Origin: a candidate division FCPU426 bacterium
GTDB lineage: Bacteria > Oederibacteriota > JAAXVQ01 > JAUVAV01
Reading direction: 5' to 3'
DNA: 64,000 nt
Assembly: GCA_040756875.1 (NCBI GenBank)
Contig: JBFLYH010000001.1
Span: 1,180,878 to 1,244,877 of the forward strand
The translations under genes and the position numbers were made by a program. Position 1 is the first letter of the stretch. Each line of letters starts with the position of its first letter. Below the pieces are notes generated by a model. It did no database searches. It was not told where the DNA came from and worked only from the letters and a program-made list of their open reading frames with translations. This document shows, one piece after another, positions 29,415-39,031 of the stretch.

Positions 29415-29504
29415 ATGCTCCCGTCCTAGCAGGGTGCTGAAAAACCCATATATGCTCCGCCAGCACCCTTCAATGCAACGCAATCGACTATAGTCGTCAG
29501 CCTA

Positions 29505-29966
29505 TTAGGCGGTGTCCACCCACGCCTGACCCGTGCCCATGTTCAGATAAAGCGAACGGGTTTTCTGGCCTCCGACCTCGAGCAGCGAGGGCAAGAGGCG
29601 GTTTTGCTTGAGGATGCCGACCGCCTGCTGCACGTTCTGCTTGCCGATGGCAAAGACTTCCTTGCCATTGGGCAGCAAATCCGCGCCGCCGGCCAGCATA
29701 ATGGTCATGTGCTCCAGCTGCCCGCCCTCGTTGCAGGCGGCCTCCAGAAACAGCGGCAGCCCTGTATCCGCGAACATCCAGGGATTTCTTTGCGCCAATT
29801 TGGGGTACACCCTGGCGCTGGGCAGCATCATATGCAGCATGCCGCCGACTTTTTGCTCAAAGTCGTAGAGGGCGATCCCTACGCCCGTGCCCACGCCCAA
29901 AGCCATCAGCGTTTCAGCCTTGGATTTGGACAGGCGCATCTGCGACAATCCGACGTTTACTTTCAT
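29505..29966 (-). CDS. cheD: CheD-like protein (catalytic Cys absent)
   Basis: LGVGTGVGIALYD, GGMLHMMLP, FADT, AGGA, IGKQN, EVGG. Confidence 0.8.
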   Translation of the reverse strand: MKVNVGLSQMRLSKSKAETLMALGVGTGVGIALYDFEQKVGGMLHMMLPSARVYPKLAQRNPWMFADTGLPLFLEAACNEGGQLEHMTIMLAGGADLLPNGKEVFAIGKQNVQQAVGILKQNRLLPSLLEVGGQKTRSLYLNMGTGQAWVDTA

Positions 29967-30125
29967 CGGCCGCCTCCTGAGATGCGTTTTTCCATAGGAA
30001 TGATCGGCGTTTTCCGGAAAGACTTGAGGGTTGACGCAATTCTTAAATGGAGCCCCCGGGTGGTTTAAAGAAGTCCTTTCAGGTGCAAGCCCGGGGTGCC
30101 GTACAGAAGGGCTGGCCCTGGACGA

Positions 30126-30545
30126 TCAGGATGCGGAAGGCTTGATATCGGCGAGAAAATCCTTCAGGCGCTTGCGGTCATAGGTGGTCAGTTCCATAAA
30201 CTGGACGCCGGAAAGGAAATGGCCGGCTTCCTGCTTTTGCCATACGACCTTGGAAAGAATGAAGGCCTGGATGGTCTTGCGGACCGTTTCCTTGTCCGGT
30301 TGCTGCGCCCCGGCGGACGGGAGGGCGGGTAAAAACAGGTTGATCATCAGCTGCTGGCCGGCTTCGAGGGCGTGGTGCCCCTTCATGGCCAGTCCGCCCA
30401 GGGCCAGGTCGTGGGTATAGCCTTCCTGCAGGTGGCCGTGGTCCCGCAGTTTGAGGGACAGGTAATGCAGTTTCACCTTGACCGGATATCTCGGATGCCG
30501 GCGGCGGTCGGTAAAAGCACGGTTGGCGAGCCTAAATACGGACAT
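30126..30545 (-). CDS. PilZ domain protein
   Basis: DRRRHPR, DLALGG, SKVVW, GVQF; AAGGAG RBS before MSVF. Confidence 0.75.
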   Translation of the reverse strand: MSVFRLANRAFTDRRRHPRYPVKVKLHYLSLKLRDHGHLQEGYTHDLALGGLAMKGHHALEAGQQLMINLFLPALPSAGAQQPDKETVRKTIQAFILSKVVWQKQEAGHFLSGVQFMELTTYDRKRLKDFLADIKPSAS

Positions 30546-30627
30546 GGGGTGCTCCTTCAGCAACTGGTTTTATTCTAACCCCATCCGAGGATAGGCACAA
30601 GGCTTTCAGCGGGCGGAACCGTCATTT

Positions 30628-31305
30628 TTATGATTGGGGTTTGCCGGGTTCTTGGCAATGGTGCCGCACGATCTTCCCGCGGATCATGTAGACCACGTCC
30701 TCCGCGATGTTGGTGGCATAATCCGCGATGCGTTCCAGGTTCTTGGAGACCGAAAGCATGCGGATGAACAGGTCCATGTACTCCGGCTGCTTGCGGATGC
30801 TGTCCTGCACCAGGCCGTACATTTCGGCGTGGAGTTTATCCACCTCGTCGTCCGAAGTGAGCACGCATTGGGCCAGGTTTTCGTCCAGGTTGATCATCGC
30901 ATCCAGGCTGTGGCGGAGCATGGCCCGGACCTTGGCCGCCATGCCGGCATAGTCGTAAGGCATGTTCAACGGCGGCGCCTGCGTAAAATACACCGCCTGT
31001 TCGGCGATATTGACCGCCAGGTCGCCGATGCGTTCCAGGTCGTTGTTGATTTTCAGAATGGCGACCACATAGCGCAAATCCGCGGCCACCGGCTGATGCA
31101 AAGCGAGAATCTTGAGGCACTCCTCTTCCACATCCACTTCCATTTGGTCGATCTGGTCGTCGTCCCGCACGACTTCCATGGCAAGTCTCTCGTCCCTCCG
31201 GCTAACGGACAGCACGGCCTTTTCCACGCTCTGTTCCACCAGGGAACACAGTGTGAGAATCTGCTTGCGCAGCCGTTCCACTTCTTTCATCAGGTGCCAG
31301 GACAT
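30628..31305 (-). CDS. phoU: Phosphate signalling complex protein PhoU
   Basis: QPVAADLR, DLERIGD, DDEVD, LERIADYATNIAE. Confidence 0.95.
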   Translation of the reverse strand: MSWHLMKEVERLRKQILTLCSLVEQSVEKAVLSVSRRDERLAMEVVRDDDQIDQMEVDVEEECLKILALHQPVAADLRYVVAILKINNDLERIGDLAVNIAEQAVYFTQAPPLNMPYDYAGMAAKVRAMLRHSLDAMINLDENLAQCVLTSDDEVDKLHAEMYGLVQDSIRKQPEYMDLFIRMLSVSKNLERIADYATNIAEDVVYMIRGKIVRHHCQEPGKPQS

Positions 31306-31320
31306 AGTGTCGGTGCCTCC

Positions 31321-32079
31321 TCAGCCAAACCGGCCGGTAATATAATCTTCTGTCTGTTTGTGGTCCGGGGTGGTAAATATTTTGGTGGTTTCGTTAAACT
31401 CGATCAGCCGCCCCTCGAAAAAAAAGCCTGTCAGATCGGACACGCGGGCCGCCTGTTGCATGTTGTGGGTCACGATCACGATCGTGTATTCACTGCGCAG
31501 TTCGCCGATCAGATCCTCTATTTTGGTGGTCGACCGCGGGTCCAGGGCCGAAGCCGGTTCATCCATGAGCAGAATGGTGGGATTCACGGCCAAGGCCCGA
31601 GCCACGCACAGGCGCTGCTGCTGCCCGCCCGACAAAGCCATGGCGCTGTCGTCCAGTCGGTCTTTGACTTCCTCCCACAGGGCCGAGCGCTCCAGGCTGC
31701 GCCGGACAATCTCGTCGAGTTGGCGATGGTCGCGCACACCGTGAATGCGCGGGCCATAGGCAATATTATCATAAATACTTTTGGGAAATGGATTCGACTT
31801 TTGAAAAACCATGCCCACCTGCTTGCGCAGGGCCACGACATCCATATTGGCCTGGTAAATATCCCGGCCGTTGACCTTAATCGCGCCTTGAACCCGGGTG
31901 CCGTCGATGATATCGTTCATGCGGTTCAAAGAACGCAAGAACGTGGACTTGCCGCAGCCCGAAGGGCCGATCAAGGCTGTGACCTGGCGCGCGGGAATGG
32001 ACATGGTCACATTGAACAAGGCTTGCGTCGGCCCGTAGTAAAAATCCAGGTTCGTCACTTCAATCGAGATTTCAGGCAT
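31321..32079 (-). CDS. pstB: Phosphate ABC transporter ATPase
   Basis: [39 protein letters not shown]. Start at MPEI. Confidence 0.95.
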   Translation of the reverse strand: MPEISIEVTNLDFYYGPTQALFNVTMSIPARQVTALIGPSGCGKSTFLRSLNRMNDIIDGTRVQGAIKVNGRDIYQANMDVVALRKQVGMVFQKSNPFPKSIYDNIAYGPRIHGVRDHRQLDEIVRRSLERSALWEEVKDRLDDSAMALSGGQQQRLCVARALAVNPTILLMDEPASALDPRSTTKIEDLIGELRSEYTIVIVTHNMQQAARVSDLTGFFFEGRLIEFNETTKIFTTPDHKQTEDYITGRFG

Positions 32080-32177
32080 AGATCCACCTTCTTCTTTGCC
32101 GGCAGCAGGCTGCCGGACTGATTGCTGGCTGCGAACCGCCTTGCCGTCTGTGCGCCGCGCGGCGGCCCGAAGAGCGG

Positions 32178-33035
32178 TTACCATTGGTACTTCTTGCGGA
32201 AATACATGCGCAGAATAATGGCGCCAAGGTTAAGGCCCAGAACCAAAGCCAACAGCACCAAGGCTGTGCCATACTGCATGGGACGCACCAGCTCCATTTC
32301 CGGATGCTGGGTGGCCAAAATATACAGGTGATACGGCAAGGCCATGCACTGATCCATGATCGAGGCGGGCAATTTGGGCAGAAAAAACGCCGCCACGGTC
32401 AGCAAAATCGGCGCGGTTTCTCCCGCCACCCGGCCCAAGCCGAGTATGGAGCCGGTCATCATGCCCGGCACGGCATAGGGCAGTACGTTTTTAAAAATAG
32501 TCTGCCATTTGGTGGCACCCAACGCCAGGCTGCCCTCCCGGAACGACTGGGGCACGCTCCGCAGCGCTTCTTCGCTGGCCACAATGATTGTAGGCAAAAT
32601 CATGCAGGCCAGGGTCAGATTGCCGGCCAAAATCGAGGTGCCGAAGTTTAGAAAGAGCACGAACAGCCCCAACCCGAACAACCCGAACACGATGGACGGC
32701 ACACCGGCCAGGGTGACGATGGCCAGCCGGACCAGGCTGGTGAAGCGGCCTTGCTTGGCATATTCGGACAGATAAATGGCCGCGGCCATGCCCAGGGGCA
32801 AAGCCACGGCGATCGTGCCCACAACAAGGTAGAAAGTGCCCACGATGGCCGGAAAAATGCCGCCGGCAGCCCCGGCGCGGGACGGCGCTGCGGTCAGAAA
32901 TTTCCAGGAAATAACCGGCAGCCCGTTCCAGACAATGTCCAAAATAATGTAGCCAATCACAGCCACCACGAGGTAATTAACCAGGCGAATGGCCCAAATC
33001 CACACGGTTTCCCACTGCGATGCTTTTAGCACCAC
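32178..33035 (-). CDS. pstA: Phosphate ABC transporter permease
   Basis: [32 protein letters not shown]. Confidence 0.95.
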   Translation of the reverse strand: MVLKASQWETVWIWAIRLVNYLVVAVIGYIILDIVWNGLPVISWKFLTAAPSRAGAAGGIFPAIVGTFYLVVGTIAVALPLGMAAAIYLSEYAKQGRFTSLVRLAIVTLAGVPSIVFGLFGLGLFVLFLNFGTSILAGNLTLACMILPTIIVASEEALRSVPQSFREGSLALGATKWQTIFKNVLPYAVPGMMTGSILGLGRVAGETAPILLTVAAFFLPKLPASIMDQCMALPYHLYILATQHPEMELVRPMQYGTALVLLALVLGLNLGAIILRMYFRKKYQW

Positions 33036-33036
33036 G

Positions 33037-33909
33037 TCACCTCTGGTATTTTCTCAGCACGCGCTGAGCTATCAGATTTAGAACAAAGGTGGCGATCAGC
33101 AGCATAATGCCGATCCAAAACAGCGCGCTGTAGTGGACCGAACCAAAGGCCACTTCCCCCATCTCCGCGGCAATGGTGGCGGTCATGGTGCGCACGGATT
33201 CAAAAGGATTAAACGTCAAAATGGGCGCATTGCCGGTCACCATCAGAACGGTCATGGTCTCGCCAATGACCCGTCCCATGCCCAGCATCACCGCGGCTAC
33301 AATTCCGGACAAAGCTGCGGGCACGGTAACCCGCCAAATGGTCTGGAGGCGGTTGGCGCCCAAGGCCAGCGATGCCTGTTTGTAGGCTTTGGGCACACCC
33401 TTCAAGGCGTCCTCGGAAATGGAGATGATCGTCGGAACGGCCATGAGCGCCAGCAACAGGGCTCCGGTCAAAGCCGTGAGGCCGCTGTCGAGATGGAATG
33501 TTTTTTTAACCAGGGGCGACAGCACCACCAGCCCGAAAAACCCCAGCACCACGCTGGGAATGCCGGCCAGCAATTCGATAAAAGGTTTAAAGACTTCCCT
33601 CTCCAGCGGCGTGGCCAGTTCGGCGAGATAAACGGCGCCCAACACGCCGAAGGGAACGGCAAACACGGTGGCCAGCAAGGTCACCAGCAGAGACGCGGCA
33701 AAAAGCGGATAAATGCCGAACCGTTCTTTGACAAAAGACACCGGTTCCCAGCGCGTATCAAACAGCGCGCCCAAGCCGAGCTGCTTGACAAAGGGGACGG
33801 ATTCCTTGAATAAAAACAGAAATATCAACAGCACAATGACGACACTCGCCGAGGCGGCAACTTGCAGCAGGTGTTTGATGATCAGGTCGCCAAGTTGCTT
33901 GGCATGCAT
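33037..33909 (-). CDS. pstC: Phosphate ABC transporter permease
   Basis: ELLAGIPSVVLG, PTIISISEDA, GRVIGETM. Confidence 0.95.
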   Translation of the reverse strand: MHAKQLGDLIIKHLLQVAASASVVIVLLIFLFLFKESVPFVKQLGLGALFDTRWEPVSFVKERFGIYPLFAASLLVTLLATVFAVPFGVLGAVYLAELATPLEREVFKPFIELLAGIPSVVLGFFGLVVLSPLVKKTFHLDSGLTALTGALLLALMAVPTIISISEDALKGVPKAYKQASLALGANRLQTIWRVTVPAALSGIVAAVMLGMGRVIGETMTVLMVTGNAPILTFNPFESVRTMTATIAAEMGEVAFGSVHYSALFWIGIMLLIATFVLNLIAQRVLRKYQR

Positions 33910-33949
33910 AGGAGGCTCCAACGGTTCCGAATACGGTCGTTAAAATATT

Positions 33950-33985
33950 TTCGGGAACGGCGGACAGGCACCCGCCGTTCCCGAA
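33950..33985 (-). terminator. pstS-pstC intergenic stem-loop
   Basis: 14-bp perfect stem TTCGGGAACGGCGG/CCGCCGTTCCCGAA with an 8-nt loop and no adjacent U-run; probably stabilises mRNA or attenuates. Confidence 0.6.
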
Positions 33986-33996
33986 TGATCCCAGTC

Positions 33997-34836
33997 TTAT
34001 TTCGATACAAAACCCATCTCTTCGACAATGGTCTGCCCGGCAGCGCTGAGCATAAAATCCACGAAAGCTTTGACTGCGCCCTGCGGTTCGCCCTTGGCAT
34101 ACACGAATAAACCGCGGGAAATCGGATAAGAATTGTCTTTAACCGTGGGCACGGACGGCAAAATGGCAGGCGAGGAGGCGTCTTTGCTGATTTTCAGCAC
34201 TTTAACCTTGTTCCCCGCTTCCTGCACATAGCCCAGGCCCACATAGCCAATGGCATTCAGGTCCTCTGCGACTCCCTGGACAATGGCAGAGTTGGAGGCC
34301 AGACGCCGCGATTTGACCGAGTAATCTTTCATTTTGAGGACATGTTCCTGAAAGAAGGCAAACGTACCCGAGCTGGAATCGCGGGTATAAAGCAGAACTT
34401 TGCCTTCGCCCCCGCCCACGCCGGCCCATTTGCTGATCTGGCCGGTGTACAGTTGTTTGACTTGCTCCATGGTCAGCGAAGCCAGGGGATTCGAGGGATT
34501 GACGATGACGGCAATGCCGTCCAACGCCACGGTATATTCCTGGACTTTCAAGCCCTGCCCTTCAATGGTGGCTTTTTCCGACGCCTTCATTTCACGCGAG
34601 GCATTGGCCAAGTCGGTGGTGCCGTTGATGAGCGCCGAGATGCCGGTGCCCGAGCCGCCGCCGGTTACCGCCACTTCCATGCCGGGATTGGCCTGCATAA
34701 ACTTCTCAGCCCAGGCGCTGGAAAGGTGCACCAGGGTGTCCGACCCCTTGACCTGAACCGTTTGCACAGCCATTCCGCTTCCAGCGAGGGCGACGCAGGC
34801 GGCCAGAACTCCCGCAACCAACATAGTTTTCTTCAT
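33997..34836 (-). CDS. pstS: Phosphate ABC transporter substrate-binding protein
   Basis: Signal peptide, KGSDT, GGGSGTG, ASR, RDSSSGT, YPISR. Confidence 0.95.
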   Translation of the reverse strand: MKKTMLVAGVLAACVALAGSGMAVQTVQVKGSDTLVHLSSAWAEKFMQANPGMEVAVTGGGSGTGISALINGTTDLANASREMKASEKATIEGQGLKVQEYTVALDGIAVIVNPSNPLASLTMEQVKQLYTGQISKWAGVGGGEGKVLLYTRDSSSGTFAFFQEHVLKMKDYSVKSRRLASNSAIVQGVAEDLNAIGYVGLGYVQEAGNKVKVLKISKDASSPAILPSVPTVKDNSYPISRGLFVYAKGEPQGAVKAFVDFMLSAAGQTIVEEMGFVSK

Positions 34837-34878
34837 GGTTATTTTCTCCTTTGATTTTATTTATGCTTTTAATACACG

Positions 34879-34922
34879 TGCTTTGTTAGGATTCCGTGAG
34901 CGTTTGTTTAACATTTGGTTCG
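34879..34922 (-). promoter_or_regulatory. Pho-box-like array upstream of pstS
   Basis: 11-bp periodic hexamers CGAACC/TTAAAC/CTCACG/CTAACA. Confidence 0.5.
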
Positions 34923-34935
34923 TTTTGCCTGGGTT

Positions 34936-36141
34936 CTAGTAGCTCAGTTCCACATCCACTTGCGTCCGGTGATAACCCGTGCGCGAGAGATCCAAATCAG
35001 CCTTGATCTGGTTGTTGAAGTGGGTGGCCTTCAGTTTGACGCTGTCGGTCAGCATATAGGATGCGGTCGCCACATGGCCCAAGCCATCTGTGCCGCCGCC
35101 GAGAAAGTCGGAATCGCTAAATGCGCCGACCACGGCGTCTTTATCCAGCTTGCGCGCGTAGTAGCCGATATCCCAGCTGCCTTCGGCTTTGGCCTTGTTG
35201 AAAACAAACCCGGCCGTATAGCCGGTATTGCGGGAGGCCACGCTGTCATCGGCGTTTTTCACGGCATTGGCGTAGAGGGCCAGTGGAAAATCCATGACTT
35301 TAAGCGAAAGTTCCAGAAACGCCTCGGCGATTTTGTAATTATACGCATACTTCGTGGAAGCAGCCGCGGTGGTCAGAGTGTAGGTGGAGTAGGGAGGAAT
35401 GGTGTTCCCGTTGGGATCGGTAATGACCGTCCGGGTCGCAGCCGGCATTGCCACTGTGCTGTTGCCAAAGCCGCTGGTGGAGCTCACGAAAGTGGTCTGG
35501 TTTTTTGTGTCCTTATAGTAATAGTAACTGCCGCCAACCGTGTACTTGACATCCATGATTTTTCCGGTGAACCCGATCTGGCCGCCGTACATCATGGGAT
35601 CGAAATTGCTGCTTTGCTCCAGCAGCCAAAAACCGCCGCCTTTGGCGAACAGATTCGCCTCGGGAATGACCTCCACCTTGGCGCTGCCGGCAATGCCTTC
35701 CAGGGTCAGGTCGCCGTCCCAGATCAGCTGGTTTTTCCCGACATTGGTGAACGGATTGTCGATTTTACCCGCCTTGAGGGTGAGATTGTCAAACAACAGC
35801 TTGTATTCGAGCGCCGCCACGTCCAGGCTGAGCGGATCCTTGTTGAACACGTCGCCCAGGGTTTCGTTGGTGGACACGGGATCGGTCATGTCGTTCGTAG
35901 CCAGGCGGGTCTTGACCATCCAATAGTCGTCCAGGGGAGCGTCGAGGGAAAGCCGCACCCGGATGCGCTGCCGGTCGCGCTCCGTCGTCTTGTCTTTTTG
36001 GATGTTTTCAAAACGATAGCGCAAATCACCTTTAATCTGCAGTTTTTCGTACCAGCTGTCGAAGTCCGCGTGGGCCATGCCGGCGGTGAATACGCCTCCC
36101 GCACAGACTGCGAAAATCAAGGTTGCAATATGGTTCTTCAT
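34936..36141 (-). CDS. Putative outer-membrane porin (phosphate-regulon associated)
   Basis: Signal peptide, GDLRYRFE, RxRxRxRL strands, LIWDGDL, FSDSDFLGGGT, C-terminal aromatic residue. Confidence 0.8.
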   Translation of the reverse strand: MKNHIATLIFAVCAGGVFTAGMAHADFDSWYEKLQIKGDLRYRFENIQKDKTTERDRQRIRVRLSLDAPLDDYWMVKTRLATNDMTDPVSTNETLGDVFNKDPLSLDVAALEYKLLFDNLTLKAGKIDNPFTNVGKNQLIWDGDLTLEGIAGSAKVEVIPEANLFAKGGGFWLLEQSSNFDPMMYGGQIGFTGKIMDVKYTVGGSYYYYKDTKNQTTFVSSTSGFGNSTVAMPAATRTVITDPNGNTIPPYSTYTLTTAAASTKYAYNYKIAEAFLELSLKVMDFPLALYANAVKNADDSVASRNTGYTAGFVFNKAKAEGSWDIGYYARKLDKDAVVGAFSDSDFLGGGTDGLGHVATASYMLTDSVKLKATHFNNQIKADLDLSRTGYHRTQVDVELSY

Positions 36142-36359
36142 GCCTTCGGTTCTCCTTTGGTCGGTTATGGTGTGAACATGAGCTGCCAGGCAGCCCAGTC
36201 TTCGGCTCTACCGCCTGCCCAATTTAGCTTTCTCACCTCCCCGCCTCAGAGTGGACCGTCTGCCGGAGTGTTTGGGTGGTTGTGCGCAGCGCGGATGTTC
36301 CCGACATCCGGACATCACAGGTGTTCATCGCAGGTGCGTCGGATGCAACGGTCGCGCGG

Positions 36360-36413
36360 ATACTACGATCCGGCCTTTACAAAAGTATGAGGGGGAAGTT
36401 AGAAAATGATTAA
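36360..36413 (-). promoter_or_regulatory. Pho-box-like array plus -10 upstream of the porin
   Basis: 11-bp periodic TTAATC/CTAACT/CTCATA/GTAAAG, then TAGTAT. Confidence 0.55.
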
Positions 36414-38176
36414 AGCGCGGCGGGCAGGTGCAGGGTAAACGTGCTGCCCGACCCGGGCAGGCTGCTGACAGTCACCCTGCCGGCGTGCACCTGCAGGATG
36501 TGCTTCACGATGGAAAGACCCAACCCCGTGCCGCCTTCCTTGCGGCTGCGGCCCTTGTCCACGCGGTAGAAGCGTTCAAATATCCGTTCCTGTTCCTCGG
36601 CGGCGATGCCACAGCCTCGGTCGGCGACTGTCAGTTGCAGCTCACGCGACCCGGCTTCCGCCCTGGCCGCAATGCGAATGGTGGTCTTGGGTTCGCTGAA
36701 CTTGATGGCGTTGTCGATTAAATTGACAATTGCCTGTTCCAGCAGATTGGCATTCGCTATAATTTCCAGATCCGGCGGGCACTCACATTCCAGGCGGATT
36801 TTTTTGGCATCCGCCTTGCTTCTGCAGGCGGCCACAGCCCGGTCAGCGATCAGCGCCACCTTTTCCCGGGCCATGCCGATCTCCGTACCCTCCGCCTGCT
36901 CCAGGCGCGACAGGGACAGCAAGTCTTCAATGATCGCATCCAGGCGCTTGGCATGCTGGTCAATGATTTTAAGAAATCGCCGCGCTTCGTCCCGGTCTTC
37001 CAGGGCGCCGTCCAAAAGGGTTTCCACAAAACCCCGCACCAGGGTAATGGGCGTTTTCAGCTCGTGCGACACGTTGGCCACGAAATCGCGCCGGATCTGG
37101 TCGAGCTGGCGGCGGCGCGTAATGTCGTTGAGCACCAGCACGATACCGCGCCGCTCTCCGTGTTCGTCCTTCAGGGGCATGCTGTTGGCTTGAAAATGCC
37201 GCTCCTGCCCCGCGTACCATACCAGTTCGGCCTCCAGCGGCTCGGAGGCGGCTTGTGCCCTGCCGACAAAAGCCAGCAAGTCCGGATGGCGCGCCACTTC
37301 GGACAGGCTGCGTCCCAAGGCGCGTTCTGCCGCCACTTCGAACAAATCGGCCGCAAAGCGGTTGATCTCAAGAATCCTTTCACCGGTATCCAGCGCCAGC
37401 ACGCCCTCCAACAGGCTGCCAAAAACCGCTTCTTGCTGCTGCCGTTGCCGCGTGACCAGCCGGATGCGGTCATCCAACTGGCTGGCCATCTGGTTCAAGC
37501 TCTCGGCCAGGTCTGCCACCTCGGCCGGCGCACGCACCCACAATGGTTGGGAAAAATCTCCGGATGCAAACCGTTTGGCTGCCTCGCCCATTTCCACCAA
37601 AGGCCGGTTCAGCCTCCGCGAAACCCAAAAACTCACGCCAGCCGCGACCAGGGCGAGCAACAGCGCGGCCAACGCCATGCGGAAATACGCAGGCAGCAGC
37701 AACTTTTCCAGATTGGTTTGCGGCACAGCCAGGCGCACCACCACACGGGGCGCGGAAGCCGGACGCGGCGGCAGGGCCAGGTAGAGCATGCGTTTTTGCA
37801 GGGTTTCGCTGAACCGATTCGCGACTCCCACTTGGCCGGCCCTGGCGGTTTGCACTTCAGGACGGTCGTTGTGGTTGACCAGGCGTTCGCCGTCCGCCTG
37901 CGAATCCGCCAGCACTTCCCCGCCGTCCGCAATCAGCGTGATGCGGGCCTCGGCCAAACCGGCGTATTCCTTCGCAAATTCCGAATAACGCTCCGGTTCG
38001 GCGGCTGCCAGCCGTTCTTGCACCCACCGGCCCCGTACGGCCAGTTCGGACTGCAGTTGCTCCCGCATAAACGCACGCCACAAACCCGTGGAGACCGCGA
38101 CTGTGGCAAGAATGGACAGAAGGGCCAGGACCAGGTATGTGGGAATGAGCTGCCAAAGCAGCCGGGAGCGGAACAT
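36410..38176 (-). CDS. phoR: Sensor histidine kinase PhoR (TM-HAMP-PAS-HisKA-HATPase)
   Basis: NHNDRPE, FVANVSHELKTP, NLIDNAIKF, FYRVDKGRSR, GGTGLGL. Confidence 0.92.
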   Translation of the reverse strand: MFRSRLLWQLIPTYLVLALLSILATVAVSTGLWRAFMREQLQSELAVRGRWVQERLAAAEPERYSEFAKEYAGLAEARITLIADGGEVLADSQADGERLVNHNDRPEVQTARAGQVGVANRFSETLQKRMLYLALPPRPASAPRVVVRLAVPQTNLEKLLLPAYFRMALAALLLALVAAGVSFWVSRRLNRPLVEMGEAAKRFASGDFSQPLWVRAPAEVADLAESLNQMASQLDDRIRLVTRQRQQQEAVFGSLLEGVLALDTGERILEINRFAADLFEVAAERALGRSLSEVARHPDLLAFVGRAQAASEPLEAELVWYAGQERHFQANSMPLKDEHGERRGIVLVLNDITRRRQLDQIRRDFVANVSHELKTPITLVRGFVETLLDGALEDRDEARRFLKIIDQHAKRLDAIIEDLLSLSRLEQAEGTEIGMAREKVALIADRAVAACRSKADAKKIRLECECPPDLEIIANANLLEQAIVNLIDNAIKFSEPKTTIRIAARAEAGSRELQLTVADRGCGIAAEEQERIFERFYRVDKGRSRKEGGTGLGLSIVKHILQVHAGRVTVSSLPGSGSTFTLHLPAAL

Positions 38177-38179
38177 AGT

Positions 38180-38869
38180 TTATTCCTGGAAGCGGTAGCC
38201 CACACCGCGCACGGTTTCGATGTACTTGCCGGCAGCCCCGAGTTTCTTCCGCAGGCCCACCACCTGCACATCCACCGACCGGGCGGTCACCGGATAGTCG
38301 TCGCCTTTTACGCCGTCCACGATTTGGTAACGGGTAAAAACCCAGCCGGGCTTGGAGGCCAGAAACTGCAGAAGGCGGAATTCAGTGATGGTAAGTTCCA
38401 GGCGTTTGCCCTTGACCCTCACTTCATGGCGTCCCGCATCGATCGACAAATCGTGGATTTCGAGTTTTCCGGTTTGGGCTTGGGGTTCGCCGGCGCCGGG
38501 GCGCCGCAAAACCGCGCGCAGCCGGGCGACCAGCACTTTGGGGCTGAAGGGTTTGGTGACGTAATCCGCGGCGCCGAGCTCCAGGCCGCTGACAATGTCG
38601 GTCTCCTCGCCTTTGGCGGTCAGCATGACCACCGGGATCTCCGCGGTCCCGGCCTCTTTTTTTAGCCGGCGGCAGGCTTCCAGGCCGTCCATGCCCGGCA
38701 GCATAAGATCCAGTAAAATCAAGACCGGCGGCTTCTGCCGGGCCATTTTCAGCCCTTCTTCGGCCGTGGGCGCAGAAACGATCTGGTAGCCTTCTTTGGC
38801 CAGGTTGTACCGCAGCAGTTCCCTGATGTCCTCGTCGTCTTCGATAACCAATATTCGCTGTTTCGGCAT
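38180..38869 (-). CDS. phoB: OmpR-family response regulator PhoB/PhoP
   Basis: REC domain (EDD, DLMLP, LTAK, KPF) plus winged helix (RSVDV, TVRGVGY); adjacent to phoR and pst. Confidence 0.9.
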   Translation of the reverse strand: MPKQRILVIEDDEDIRELLRYNLAKEGYQIVSAPTAEEGLKMARQKPPVLILLDLMLPGMDGLEACRRLKKEAGTAEIPVVMLTAKGEETDIVSGLELGAADYVTKPFSPKVLVARLRAVLRRPGAGEPQAQTGKLEIHDLSIDAGRHEVRVKGKRLELTITEFRLLQFLASKPGWVFTRYQIVDGVKGDDYPVTARSVDVQVVGLRKKLGAAGKYIETVRGVGYRFQE

Positions 38870-38900
38870 GGCGCAACCTCCCGCAATGACGCGCTTAGGG

Positions 38901-38950
38901 TATCAGAAGATCATGAGGGAATGGTTAGGAATTTATCACACTTCGGTTAA
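38901..38950 (-). promoter_or_regulatory. Pho-box-like array upstream of phoB
   Basis: Five hexamers at exact 11-bp spacing: TTAACC/GTGATA/CTAACC/CTCATG/CTGATA. Confidence 0.6.
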
Positions 38951-39031
38951 GCCGGGGCCAGCACGCTGCGCAGAAACGTATAAGCCTGCCGGCCGATGCC
39001 CGGGCATTTGCTTTCGCGCGGCCAAACCCTT

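Noticed and set aside
31300-36200. pst/porin block as a genomic island because it looks less GC-rich
   Set aside because: No integrase, tRNA or flanking direct repeats; the composition difference was judged by eye only.
36165-36236. Possible 23-aa leader ORF (MRKLNWAGG...) upstream of the porin
   Set aside because: GTG start directly abutting the SD-like sequence, with no other support.
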